This document shows, in pieces, positions 13,498-28,271 of a stretch of DNA of 64,000 nt (positions within the stretch are counted from its first letter, which is position 1; each line of letters opens with the position of its first letter). Under the pieces are notes generated by a model that was not told the origin of the DNA, did no database searches, and was given only the letters and a program-made list of their open reading frames with translations. Location: positions 1,061,844 through 1,125,843 of the forward strand of contig NW_003526941.1 in assembly GCF_000181795.1 (NCBI RefSeq), written 5' to 3'. Source of the DNA: Trichinella spiralis. Lineage: Eukaryota. Both the position numbers and the translations under genes were made by a program.

Positions 13498-15489
13498 ATG
13501 GATTACGAAGAGAGTCGTAAAGAAATTATCAATCAGCGGAAACGGTTTTTGGAAAATTTGGGAATAATCGAGGTAAGATTGCAGTTGTTCAGTTGCAACT
13601 GTTCCATGCCGCTTTTGACTGTTAACATCTTTTTTTCACTACTTTGTAATGTTGTTGTAGGAAATCCACTCCATTGAACCTCCGAAAAAAGTGAAACCAG
13701 TCCGGTAATATTTTGCCAATAACATATACACACCCGTATCTTTTGATTTTGTAAAATCTGTTCAAGACAGAAAAGGAAAGTTGCAGACGTAGAAGTGGTG
13801 CAGCTTAGGCGAAGCAGACGTTTAGAGATGCAAAATGGCATATCTTATGACAATGATGAAATGCAAAATTTACAACAGTCGTTTGAAGCAAGTGCGAACA
13901 AATTAACGTCGAATTTCGAAGAATACAAAGTAAACAATTGGGGTTTCTTCTACTAGTTGACAGAATCATTTATCACTTGAATATTTAGAGACCTGAAGGT
14001 GCGTTGAGAATGTTGGATTGTTGCATTCCATTGCAATCCAGTGAAAAAGCGGAAGATGTTGCTAATCTGTCCACACTGTTTGGCAAACTGAAAATGGTTG
14101 AAGATACGTTCAACGTATCTGATTGGACAACGTCGGACAGGTTATTTATAAAAAATTTTTCACATATTTCGACAAGTTCTGCATAAAATAATTTTTTCTG
14201 ATTCAGAATTTTGGAACAATTATCCAATCTCAGTTATCGAGAACGACTGAAATTGGTTCGCAGTCGAATTTACTCTCTCTGCATTCATCCTTCCAATTGT
14301 AGAATACTTGTCACAGCAGGTGACAAAAATGGACGTATTGGATTCGCTGACTTGGTACAACAGATGTTCACATGGATGTGTGAATGAGTGATTCTCGATT
14401 TTGCACACTTTCACTGATTTAGACTGATCACATAGCTGACGTTTCTGAAGCACCAACTTGGCAGTTCGCTCCACATTCTGCACCAGTGAATTGTATTCGC
14501 TTCGCACCTGATCCAACGAAATTATTCTCTTGCAGCTATGACGGAAGTGCGCGATATCTTGATTTGGAAGCAGGCGTTTTTGAAGAAGTACGATGGCAAT
14601 TTGTCTATTTATCTAGCTATTCTGCAAAATATAATAATCGAACAACGGCGCAATTCAGATATTTGTGGACGACGAGGCCTGCAAAGGTTTCGACTTTTTA
14701 TCCAATAACGAACTGTTGATCACCTTGCACGATGGAACTGTTTGTAAAATCGATATTCGCGAAACTACGGAAAAGTAACTATTCGGTTAAATTTGATTTC
14801 CATAAAAAAATCCGATTATAATATTGCATTACTTTTTCATTCAGCAAGAAACCGTGCGTTTCGAATGCTGGACGACTGAGAACCGTCAGTATTCACCCTC
14901 TGGAGAAGAACTATTTCGTCATAGCATCAATACTGGGGTACATTTTTTTTTATTTACCAATTTTAAATGTCCATCAGTGAACGTGGGAAAATATAGACTG
15001 GCAACGATTTGGGATTTGCGAAAATTGAAAAATCCAGTATCAGAACTGAAGCACAAAGGTGGTGTAAATAGTGCTTATTTTTCGCCGCTTACTGGCAACA
15101 AAGTGCTCACAGCTGCAGCTTCAAATACCATTGAAGTCTGGGATACGAAGAAGATGACGAAAACGAAAAAATTGAAAAGCATACCACACAACAATTTCGT
15201 CGGTCGATGGGTAACGAATTTTCGCCCGGTTTGGCATCCGACTGTCGAGTCGGTATGCTTCTCAGGAAGCACTAATTCCATTCGACATGTAAGGCAAACG
15301 TTTGTTGTCATTGAAAAATAAATTTCTCCAATACCTGCCCATCTTTTCCAGATAGAAGTGTTCGACGAAAACTTGCGAGCTGTGAAACTGTTGGGCGTGA
15401 CAACGATGTGCTCGATCATTGACTGTCATCCAGGACGAGCCATTTTGTGTGGAGGAAATTCCAGTGGCTACGTATCAGTATTTATTTAA
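13498..15489 (+). CDS. WDR76: WD40-repeat protein WDR76/CMR1-like, multi-exon. First exon 13498-13572, last exon 15352-15489
   Basis: N-terminal YEESRKEII..FLENLGI and RRSRRL; WD motifs LFSCSYDGS, IWDLRK, VNSAYFSP.TG; family signature HNNFVGRWVTNFRPVWHP; C-terminal GGNSSG. Confidence 0.88.
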
Positions 15490-18400
15490 CTGATGCCGTT
15501 CTTATCATTTATTCCAGTATTACATCCACAGCTACTCGGCTTTTACCACGTTGTACTTTTGTTTCAAAGCATTCTTTTTTCATGTTCTACTTCTTTTGTA
15601 AAGTTTCCCACAATTTAAGCAGACGCGATATCTGTTCCACTTCACGTATTATGTACATGTACTAAATTTTTGAATAAAAATGAAAGCACAAAAAAAAACG
15701 AAAGAAAGTGTATGTTATATCAAAAAAGAGAAAAAAAGAAATTAACACATACAACATCATCAATATACCAACTCCTACCACACAGATCGATTAAAAAATA
15801 TCACGCAAAAAGAAAACGACTTTGCGTGTTTTATTATTATGCTTATTATAGCAAACTCAATTGTGACAATACAAGCTTGTAAATGCTAAATTGAGATGAA
15901 CCGCATGCAAGCTTTCTGCTGAAGCATCAACATCGCTTTGCGTGATGACATACTGCATCCGATTGAAATGATGCACAGCAGGGAATGTCCCTTGTCCACG
16001 TTCAAAAGACTTGTCTAATGAAGTAAAATGTCCCTCATGGTGCAGATGTATCGAAGCTTAAACAACCTTGCTGAAGTAGAATTGAAATGCAATCACAGCT
16101 AGAGTCCGTGCTTGAAGCAGAAGCAGAATTTTGTTCGTCTGGTCGAATTCGCTTCGCATTCAGCAACGCTGCTAGCCGAGCGGAGTAGTGCTTTGTCGAC
16201 AGGATGCCGATGTCTGGACGAAAAAGCGAAAAGCAACTTTACGCACATTTTATCGAAATCAATGTCAATAATGCAAGTTAGATAGAGCAAGAGAGATTAG
16301 CAAAAACAAAATGAAAAAAATAATAATAAATATGAACACACACCAAATATATTTTCACGGCAACAAAGCGTGAAATTGTCTCGTTCATATTCAGATTTTA
16401 TTCTTCGCCTTCAATGGGAAAACTTTATAACTTTTAAGATACACAAATTAGTGATGAAAAAAAAAATTGTTTCTAATGTAATTAATCCTCAACAAAAGAA
16501 GAAACTGTTGACCCAAGAATCAGGCGTAATGGTGGTTAATGTTGACATTTTAATAATAACTGATACGCGACAATTTCTCGAACCTGATTAGAACGATGCT
16601 CATTATTATTTTAATTATGCACGCAGCTCAACTGCAACACAAGAACGTCCTTGCACTTCGAATATATTCAAAATTATTACAATTCTCTTATTCAAATGAA
16701 AAGGGAAGTGATAAAATAAGCCCTGAACACACAGTTGCAAATATTAGTGAAAAAGAATTTCTTGCATTGTATTACATTATATTATAAAGACAATGTAACT
16801 TTGAAGCAATTATTGAATAACGCATTGAATTAGCTAGCCGCGACCAAAGCGGCATCTTTTCAACAAAAACTAAAAAGCAATCTACTTATTATAGATATCC
16901 TTCAGCTGGTAAGCTGACTTGTTTTCTTGCATCAATATCTCAAAAGTTGCATCGAAAATAAAACCCAAAAGTAATAAATCGATAAAGAACCACAATTTTC
17001 ATTCTATTAGCATGCAATTCTTTGCGAGTTTGAAATTAATATAAACCAACTGGTGTCATTATTGCCTTTTCTATTATTTGCAGCCTGTCAACGCTACTGC
17101 ATCGTCAATGATTCCAAGTAAATATTACTTATAACATATTAATATGTACAATATAAATTTGTTCATTCAGAAGTGTAATAGAAGTGTGATAGAAAGAGAA
17201 TCCACGTTGAACTAACAAAAGAACATAATCAGCGTATTGTTTTCTAATTTTCAATTCACTTCAAAATAAGCGTACATTTGACTATTTCTATATCCATGCA
17301 ACCTGCATGTATACGTCGTGCACATACATGTATACAGAAAATATATGCATTTCAGTTCATCCAGTAGTAAAGTACAGAATTAGCAAATGAAATGGAAAAT
17401 TTTCGAAAGTTCGCAACAATGCAAGCAAGCATGGACAACTGGACTCATTGGAATATGAATACTTCGCAAAAAGATTTATTGCCAATGATCAAATATGTTA
17501 TGAAATAAAATTTTCCACAAATATGCTTGACAACAATTCCCAAAAGAATCAAACTACGGACATTATTAACAACACATATCCAGCTGCTTCTGCTCTGCAA
17601 AAGTTCTCAGAAAAGAATAAGAAGAAGAAAACGAAGAAGAAGACGGGGAAATATCTGCTTGTGAAAGGTACAACACAGAAAAATCAGATTAACAACTTCG
17701 AACGTAAAAATTGCCATCATGCAAAGATCACGACAGTGAGAGGTGAGACAAAAAGTTCCAACAGAATAAAAACAATACGGTCAGTATTCATTGAACTTCT
17801 CAATTTGGATATTTTCAACTTCAGACACAACACAACATACTGCTACTCATTTCAAAAACTTCGACAATCAACTGTCAGTAGAAAAGACAAGAAGGAAGAA
17901 TAGCACAATAATGAACATTTCAATCAACGTCCCAGCAGAGAGTAGGTTTCATTTTTTGCTTATATCATGCTATTTTTTCCAATTCAAACTGTTTGACAAG
18001 ATCACCAAGGCTAAAATTCAACACACTGACCATTCGTTGCACGCAGTACAGGAGATGGAACAGCGCCATCTGTGTTCAGATGCTTTCGGACGGATTGGAT
18101 TTGCAAGACCCCCCGCCAATGCCAAAATGCTTCTCGCGATCGTTACAGATTTCCGTTGATCGTTGGTAAGAGAAGCCGGTGGTGTTTCGCGGTAGCAAAA
18201 TTGGTTCCAAAAAGCAGATTATTTTTTTCTTCCTCAAATATGATCTCCAAAGTGGCGGTCAAGAATATGGGTCTAGTTTCGTCGGGGCGTCGGAAAAGTG
18301 GCCATGCTGCAAGGCGCATCGCACCTGCCGCCAACGGGTAAGCCATAGTTTTTATCTCCCTCGCCTCCATCCAAATTTCCCTCCCTTTTCAATACATTTC

Positions 18401-18596
18401 AAACTGCATCTGAAACAAATTATACAAATCCACTTGGTATTTTGCAAGGAAAATCACTCAAGCTGAGGCTAGAAAAACTGAATCGATTGAGAATAAGGTA
18501 AAATTCAATAATCCACACCCGCAGTCTCGTTTTCCTAATGACAACAGTTGAATTCACCTCAAGAAAACATAATAATGATTACATACATATACTTAT

Positions 18597-18623
18597 CTAT
18601 GTGTGTGTGTGTGTGTGCCTATG

Positions 18624-18671
<48 letters not shown>
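18597..18671. repeat. (TG)n plus (TA)n compound microsatellite
   Basis: Direct reading. Confidence 0.9.
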
Positions 18672-18674
<3 letters not shown>

Positions 18675-21600
18675 AGTGAAATGTTACTGAAGGATTTCTT
18701 CACTGAAGTCAATTATTTGATTAGCATTTGAAAAACGATCCATCTCATTCAAAGATATAGCTTGCATTTCAAAAAATGAAACAAATTTCACTTTCGCTTA
18801 TAGATGGCAGTATAAGTGATTTTTAGATCAAAATATTAGTCACGTAAACCTAACTTAAACTAATATTAATTTAAAAAAAAATATTTTGACCATCTACGGA
18901 TTAATTGCAAATCAATTCGAACAATTTCCATTTGCTGAAAATATTATTAGTCCATTTACCATTATAAAGCAGAAATCACTGGAAAAATCAATTTTAATAA
19001 TTGAGATAAAATTAAATAAAAGTTTAACCTGTAAATCCCATTTCCCGCAGATTACAGGTTTTTCATGACTCAGCGAATGTTTAATTAATCAAACAAATTA
19101 AGCTGCTTTTCGCTTATTCCATCCTAACAAACGTCTTAAAAATTCACATTAATCAGTAGCAGTAAATTTGAGACAGAAAAAAAGCATTGGAAAATCACAC
19201 CAGCATTCTCTGATCTTACAGAATTTGAAAATTGATTTTTATAAAAAAATTAAATTAAATTAACTCCAAGCACCCCAAACGACAATGTTGCAAATTTCTC
19301 TTGCAAATTAGCCCAACAATATTTCACCATTAACTTCTTCAATCAACGAAATCATCAAATAGTGGAGGGCCAGTCTGCAATGCACATGCAACAACAATAT
19401 GACCAATTTTCTCAAACAATTATACAATCACATCTTTAAATATATTCTTGTAAAAGTCATTAAATACAATTTCAGAATTACATCGAGTTAACTGCTTATA
19501 AAAAAAATGCTCATTAAATACTCGTAGAAATTTTCATCTTAACTGAACTAACTGTAAAGCAAAGCACTGTTGACTTCATTCATCAATTTACGCATTCATT
19601 CATACAGGTTCATAATTTTTATCGCACACAACAGATTAAACAAACAACAAAAAGAGCAAAAAAATATATAAAATAAAACACACAAAACGCAATGCATTTT
19701 AGAGAACTTCCTGTTTGATTAATTTATTCACATTGTCGCAACGCTAAATAATGTAAAATCTAAGAAACAATCACCCCCGTTTAAATTTTGTATTACACCA
19801 CGTTCTCGCCAGTGGTACAATTATTAACATATGCCAACTATTATCAGTTAAGATTGTAAAACACAGCAAGTAAGCGATGCACCGATCATTGAGAGAAAAT
19901 TGCATTTCTCAATTTAATTGTAACTTTTTGTGTAAAGTAATATAAATGAAAGAAAACACCATTGCACGCAATTTTACCGTTAATATAGTAGTATTCGGTA
20001 ATGATGCTGACACTATACAACTGAAAAAACGTTTGACGGTGAGCTTAACTGTGCTAGATTAAATTAAATTCACATCTCGTTTTCACTTTGCACTTCAAAA
20101 CGCTTTCGTTCTAGAATAAATGGCTGTTTTTCTATTTATTAACATAACTTGCAAGCAACTAATTAACTAACTGCTTGTGAATGAAATCGATTCAAAGCAA
20201 CCTTCGAGCATTTCAGTAATCATTCAATGTGCTTTGCATTGCACCAATGCGATTTCAAACCAATACGCAAAGATGACAATTATCATGATTAATTCAAAGT
20301 TTCAAATGAAATTCACCAGCAACATTAACTAATAAATATTTGGCTTTTATTTCCCAACTGATGCTTCATTAAAAAGAACACCACATCACAATAGCATTAA
20401 CAATGGAAATCAGAATATTTAAATTTTCCTATCATTTAAACAAATTAAAGAAAATAACATACAAAATACTTCTAAATTATGAAAGCGCCTTTTTTGAGGT
20501 ACCATCATCATTAAGTCACGTAGAAGCGGTTTGTCGACAATATGAAATTTCTACAAAAAATTTTCAAATTTTTATTATTTCTATTTCTTCCTATCCTGCC
20601 TAATGGTAATTTATTATTGAATGCAAATTGACGCTCATTAAAATGAAAAAAATAACAAGTTGCTATTATAATAATCAAATAATGGAATTATCACGCTTTA
20701 ATCATAAAATTGTGATGTGGCAATTGGTTATCCAAAAACTGACATTCTACAAGAAAAGGCACACGGATCCATGGTGGTGGCCATGAAAATTCTCTCCCAC
20801 ATTATACATGTTTCGTATTTTATGATTCCGATTTCATCGCCAAAGAACACACATGATGAGTAACTAATACGACGACGTCATGAAAAAAACCTTTTTTTGT
20901 ATTGGCAAAACTTAGTAAAGGGAATTAAAAACATAAATATAAAATAATAATTATTGGATACAAATGAAAATGTTATTCAAGATTTAATTTCCGAGTGAAC
21001 ATGCGTTTCCCCAAAGAATAGATGCTAGCAAATTACAATTTACAAAAAACATGAACTGGCAATTTCACTTATATATGTTTTATAAAAAGAAATCAAATTT
21101 CCAACATTCTCTATTATTACTTCCTCATGTAACAGAATTTTCAACAAATTTTCACACTTTCAAACAAAAGCAACAAACATTTCCCGCACGCTGTACATAT
21201 GACGCATAATGTTAATACAACTTAAATATAAAATTAAATTAAATTGAATTAAAAACTACAAAATTTCAATATTGCCATACAGAACTTTGTACAATTTGTT
21301 TCAGTTTTCAAACTCATTATACAATTTGAATGAGAATTTTAAAAAAGTCTATATCCCATTGCTAATTAAAAAAACTCCTCCTTTGAATTAAAATCATCAT
21401 TATTGACAACGATTGAGCATATCATTTTTAAATTATCAAAATGGCTGTCTGTCCAATCTGTCAAGAAATGCAATGATTAAACTTTCGACAAATTGTACAA
21501 TTTTTCAAATAAAATAAACTTTTCAATATTAATAAATCAAAACAGTACAATTTATCAAAAAAGCAATAAGCTGGAAGCAATAAATAAATTTATAGCCACT

Positions 21601-24600
21601 GACGACGTTGCAAACATCATCATGTTTATATTTTTATCTTTACTTTTTTTAGATCAGTTGATTAAATAATTTCATCATTACTTCCGTTAATTAAAAAACA
21701 AAATTGGGAAAAGTTCAAACAATGAAGATCATTATTGATGAAGTCGAAAATTGATTATCGTTATCAGTTAAAGCAAAAATAGATCTCTCAATGTTTAAAA
21801 AAATTATTTTGAAAACATCACCCTTATTTCACAAAAAAAATAAGCAATGAGGACAAATGAATGAATTCGTGAATGAAAAAATGGAGAAATTAATTAAAAT
21901 TATTAATTCCACAAAGCAGCAAATTGAAAATCAAATTGTGCAACTGTTGTGCAATTGGTAATTGGGAAAGCAACAGGAAATTTTATATCAATTAAGGAAA
22001 ATCAAAATGCCCGCTCGCCATTGCAAAAGTCGAACAAATGTTCGCCGCCATCGCAAACCACGTTGATCATCAACCGCTAACTAATAAGCATGATGAAAAA
22101 GCGACATCCCGCGACAAAGGCAAAATAAAAATAAGTCAAATGCACTTGTCACACTTTTGCATCTGCTACATGCTTCCCGTCACCGTCCACTAATAGCCGC
22201 CGCATCACGTTGCAATGGCAATTTACATACAAGCTAGCAGGTACCAATATCAGCACACAATGAAACGAAGGTACAGTTCGTATCTCTTTTTTCTTTTAAT
22301 TATCACTACGTCGTGTACGCGATTAATTTCCGTTTATCATAAAAGTGGTTATCAAGTTCAGTGGTTTATCGAAATCTTTTCAACTACATTCATCCTTTGA
22401 TAAATAAATAAAATTTAAAAAAATGAAAGAAATTAAATGTAGAATAAAACCAAAAAATACAATCCCATAAATGTTCTATTTTATAAACTGTATAACAGTA
22501 AGCTCGAGCGGTCGAGTAGATAGAGTAGAGGTAAAAAAACCGGAGAATAACCACAAGAACAACAGAAAAAGCAAGTAAACCAAACATCTTTTTGGTGATG
22601 ATCATAAATGAATAATATTTATTAGGTATAGTTGTGTAAAAGGGCATAATATGAACAGACAGATACCTCTGAGATCGGTGGCAGACAAAGCCACTTTGAT
22701 TAGGCTGCAATTTTTGGCCAAACAATTGCAATGTCAGAAGTTGAAAAAAGCTATATGGAGGGAAAGCTCAGATTTGGAACTTTTGGTCATTTGCAAATCT
22801 CCGGGGACACGCGCCAGTCGGCTAGCAGGCTTAATTTCGTTTCAACTGCCGACAATCAAACGAGCTAGCATTGGGTTAGAAACGATTTTACCGGTCGGCA
22901 CCTAATTTCCAGGCAGGCAGATTACAACGATCAAAACCGACTCCGGCGAGATGCAAATGAAAAAAAAAGTAAATTTGCACAAAAGCACGGCCAAAATCAA
23001 CGTTAAACCAACTAACGAGTGTGCAGGGTCTCGGCGATCGATAAGCTTTAAAAGAATTAACTGATCACTTGTTGGAAAATTACGTCAGTAAATAGATGCA
23101 ACGCACGGTGAGTTGAGCAAATAAAATAAATCTACAAGTGACAAATAGACGTTTCATCACCATTTGCAAACCGACTGGTCTAAAAGCGTTGTTTACAGTT
23201 CACAAAACGCAGCTTTTCTTTCTTTCAATTTAAGCTCCACTCTGCTGTGCAACGGTTCTCAAACTCTTTCCATTTTCGTTCTTTTATTAAAAATTTCACT
23301 TCTCCAACATGCAATTTGACACTTCTCAACTTGAATAAAAACTTCTTCCGCTCACACAGATCAATTTCCAACATTTGCATATTTTCGTACTGATTGAAAA
23401 CTGTTGTAAGTATTCTTCCTTATTTTATATGTATATTAAAATTTTTTATTACAAAAACAAAGAAAAAAGAAGAAAACTCAAAAAACTTCATCATATTTTA
23501 CCACAGAATAAATTGATAATAATAATAATAATAAGGCTCGATTACCACCACTACACAGTCGAATAATAACCAATGTTCACTTATTAATTTCATGCAAATA
23601 GTTAATTCTCGTTTTGAGAGATTTTCGTTCAACTAAAGCATAAACGTATTTGCATACACAATAAATCAGTTCAGAAATTATGTTGACCTAGGTTGAATAA
23701 CAACGAAAATCTGGCTAATCATTTGCATAAAGAATAAGCGGCAGGTCACGAATATACTGATGATGTAAAATGAATTTTTCTACGAAAAACAAGCTAAACT
23801 TCTCATATTTCCAATTTCATTCAAAAAACTAGGAACAATTTTTTGTATGGATATCATCCTTCAGCATCGTGATCACTATTTCTTTTCCTTAAAAATGACG
23901 ACAACTTTCATACATAAATCACAAACTCTCTCACACGTGCACAAACTGTTGCAAAAATATCAGATGCCGAATTATAGAGAGAAAAAAAACATTTGTGAAA
24001 ATAATGAGGAACTAAATTCAAAACGTTGCTTCTTCCCATTTGCTCGCAAATTGATTCCTTGAAGTTTGCTTTCCTGAGAAAAATATTTCAAAATTCAAAC
24101 GAACCTCTCTTATCCATCTATCATTCAACGTCTCTTCTATTCTCTTCTAATGTTACATTCCATCTATTAATGTCATCCATTTTCTGATTCGGCACTCAAA
24201 CAAAAAGTATAAAAACCTCTTCTTGCAATGTATCTTTTTGTTTATTTATTTATTATTATATTATCAACAACAGCATTTCACTGATGCTACTCAATTTATC
24301 ACATTCCACGCAAAAATAACTGCAGTTCAAAAATCAAAGTAAATCAATTTTCATTTATGCAACTTAACTAACTGCTGCAGTGTATGTAATATTTAACTAT
24401 CGACAAATTGAACACATGACCAACTTTATGAATGTCAAAAATGGAAGCCGCTTTAAAATGAAATCAACTCTGACACTGCTTCCTTGTCGAATGGCAAAAC
24501 AATAGCTCATAATGGAGTTCATAAAACTACAAATGACAAGCGATGGATGAATCCATTCCATTTCAGTCGCGCTAAACAGCATCATATTTTGCATTATATA

Positions 24601-26410
24601 TTATCGAAGCAACCGAAAAATGAAACATTGCAAATAAAATCTTTTTTTTTCTATTCAACATTTCCATAATTTTAAATTATTTTAAATCACACAACATTTT
24701 ATAATTGTCAAAAGGAAGAAAACCCACATCGCGTCATTATTCTATAATTATTTATTAGCAATATTTTATCAAATTGCGTCATTTTTTTAAAAGAATGTGA
24801 GAACAAAGAAAAAAAATTTTTAAACTAAAGAATACAGTAAGTAGTTCGTGTCTGCACGTTTTCTTGTGCAAATGAAATCAATTTAATTTTAACGATTAAT
24901 TAGTGAAATGAGGTGAGCGAATGAGAAAACACAACTAACCTAAGCTGAGCTGAAGCAAAACAATCCTGCCCAAGATTTTGAATAAATGAAGTGAACAAAA
25001 AAATCTGCTCAACGTTATCTATATTCCTCTTAGCGTAATTAGCAGCTATCTGTTGTTTCTTTTTTTTCTAATTTAAAAAGTAGTTCCTCCTTAACGAAAA
25101 GAAAATGTGAAACAATTCAAATTTGTTCACAATTTGCATATCAACAAAAATTGACGAAAGAAAAAAAATGTTCTTCCCTCCCTCGTACATAATAAGATTT
25201 CATGTGAACAAGAGAAGAGAGAAAGGAAAAAGAAAAAGAAACACGAACACTTCTTTCCATTTGCAATTGTTAATCAAAATTCGATTATCAAAATTTTACA
25301 TTCAAAATTGAAGTCAATTTGTTGCCGTCGCCCTCTAGAGTCGGAAATTGTACAAAAAAAAAAAACAATTTCCCCCTTTCCACTGCTTTCTTCTTCATTT
25401 CAGCGATTTCAAAATTTTCACGGGATCAAATCAATTTTTAATTAATAAATAACAAAGCTTTCAACTAGTCGGTGTTGTGGTGGTTCGTGATTATCCGTTG
25501 GAAAATGAGTAACTAATCAAGAAGAGCATTCGGTCAGAATAGCGAAAAGCCGATTCACTGAGAGCAAATATGATATTCACTTTGATGTCAACAAATTGTT
25601 GTACATTATATCTTCTGCAACTAATAAAATAGATATTTGGTTATCTTTTTCGAAACATTTCACACATATTTATTTCCAAGCTTATTCTAATTCAAAAATG
25701 CATTTTCTCTGGTAAAAAAATATGATTTGCACAACTAACGTCAAAAAATGATAACAACTCATCGATCAAAACTCGAAGTATGTATAGCATGAAGAAAAAC
25801 TAAAAAATAAAAAACAGCTAAACGTTCACAACTGCTCTTGGAGATTTATGACGAATGTCAATTAAAAACGCAAATATCATACTGTCACAGATGACATTTT
25901 AAAAACACTACATCAAAAAGGATTCTTCCAAAGATTTCCAGTGTGCTGTTGTCCAATATTATCACAACTATTGATCGACCAACTTTTCACCATTAAAAAT
26001 ATCTGAAATATTAGCCAGAACATCAGCCAACTTATAAACTATTGTAACTGTAAAATTTAATTATCCATTTACTTTCCTTGGGCTGTCATTCAAGTCAATC
26101 ATTTTTCTAAATTCATCACAATAAATAAATATCAGCCAACCAGGTAACGCGTACATTTAAGCCATGATCAGTGTACAACTAACTAGCTTGAGATCAACAA
26201 CATTCCACACCTTCATCTCTTCGTCATGGCTCTCTGGAAATGATGATATTTTGTATATCAACATCTATCTATATATATATATACTGTGACTGTATGTTTG
26301 CTTGTGTTTCTCAAAAAGGATTAATTTGTGAGCTTTGATTCAGGATCTCGAAAAGCTCAGGCGAGGTCGATACCAGCGAGCCGAACAGTCAGTCAAGACA
26401 ATCGTTCAAC

Positions 26411-28028
26411 ATGACCGAAGTGATCCGCAGCGATAAAAAAGTCACCAAGTCCAGGTGGGCATTCTGGAGTTCAAAATTTCGCTATTACCGGAAAGGACAT
26501 GACAACGATCATAGGGTGAAATTTCTGACCAAAAGTCAACGGCAAAACGTCGTCCGCAGTTGGGAAAAAGTACCAAACAAAAGGGCACTTGGAGAAGAAA
26601 TATACATCCAAATATTTATGCACAAGCCAATGCTCAAGGTAATATAATCAAAAATACGCCTTTTTCTTTCCAAAGTAAACTAACTATTCAATAAATAAAA
26701 CCTTTCGCACTTTCACCACTAATTCACTTAATGATAATGGCTTATGATCAGTCTTTTTTGTTAATGAATTATAAAATAAACGTATAAACTTCAAAATTAA
26801 AATAACTACATCTAGAGGTATATATATTTTTTTTCTTGTTAAGAAAACTTATACATTATCCTATTAGAAAAAACAATCGGAAAGTACGTTGATCTTCACG
26901 TACAAAATGTAAAAAATATCAACTGACAAAAGTTCCAGTCGCTTATTGAATACATTATTCTCCTAAATCCTCAAAGCTACAAATCATCTGTGTGTGATCG
27001 GTCAACGCCATCATGACAGTTGATGATGAAGTGCAAGTGGAGAATAATTAAATTGGAAGATTAAAAATTAGCAACCGCATCATTATTATTGTTCACTGAT
27101 ATTTCATTTTCGAATTTCAACTTTCTTGTTCAAGGTTGTTTTCAAAGGACAATTCAATACACTGAATAACAATTGCATTTCATAATTAACCTATTCCACT
27201 AGGCTATTACTTAACCAAATTTAACAACAATCGTCATAGGCTGAAATAGATTGTCCGTCTCCATTACCGACAGAATCATTATCTATATTGCAAAGCCAAT
27301 CCGCTCACATTCGTTCATTTACCCACTCTCTCAAACTAATTGCACTGGATTAATTATTTAAATATGTTCCGTTGAAACTACGCTTTTTCATCCCTTTAAC
27401 AACGCGCTGTTGTGTACATATTTCAATGCATAAATATAGATGATATCAATCTGAGCACCAAATTGTAATAAAAAATAAAATAGAACAATCAAAAACTAGA
27501 ATCATCATCAGATGCGTGTTTCAGAGTCTATTTCCATTTCGCACGGTTCCGGTGGATCAGTTACGCAACAATGCCCTTTTCACTAGACAAGCAGCCATAT
27601 TTGCCGACTTCATCGACTGCGTTGTGGGATACTTGGCAATCGACAATGGCAACTTGATCATGGAACTCAGTGAACGCGTTGGAGTCAATCATGCCCTGAT
27701 GACATCGGTCAACTTCGACCCTGAATGGTGGGTTCTGTTCGCCAACTCTGTGCTCGATTGCATACGACAATACTGCGAACCGCAATTCATCTGTCTTCCC
27801 ATCTCGCGGCACATCACCAGAAAAATAATGATCGCCTGGAGGATTCTACTCAAAGAGGTGGTGGACCGTATGAGCGAGGCGTTCATACAACGCCGGGAAC
27901 TAGACATAAGACAAGAGAACAACTGCGACCCTAACGCTCAACTGGTCGAGTCGGAAGAGAAGCAAAATCATTCCGAAGATGACGATTTGAACAACCCTAA
28001 TTTGGAAATATTCGACGTACAATTATAG
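26411..28028 (+). CDS. Globin with N- and C-terminal extensions. Exons 26411 (or acceptor 26344)-26638 and 27525-28028
   Basis: Globin template: A-helix LTKSQRQNVVRSW, GlyB6, TyrB10, ProC2, PheCD1 (SLFPF), GlnE7, proximal HisF8 (VGVNH), H-helix AW. Frame is open back to a splice acceptor at 26343, so an upstream exon may exist. Confidence 0.88.
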
Positions 28029-28271
28029 GACTCACTCCACTGTTTCTTTCTTATCTGGTCTGATTTACTATTATCATATTTTTATACTTTTGGAGGAAAA
28101 ATGTCAAACTCATTATGCTGCTGTTGTTGTTGTTGTTGCTGCTGCCTTTTACAATCAAATAATCATACATGCAATAAAGAAAAGAAACAAACAAAACTAC
28201 ACCATTATACAACCCTGCCTTTTTGAAGTTAACAAAACAGAAAAGCAAAATAAAATCACATACCTGAACAG

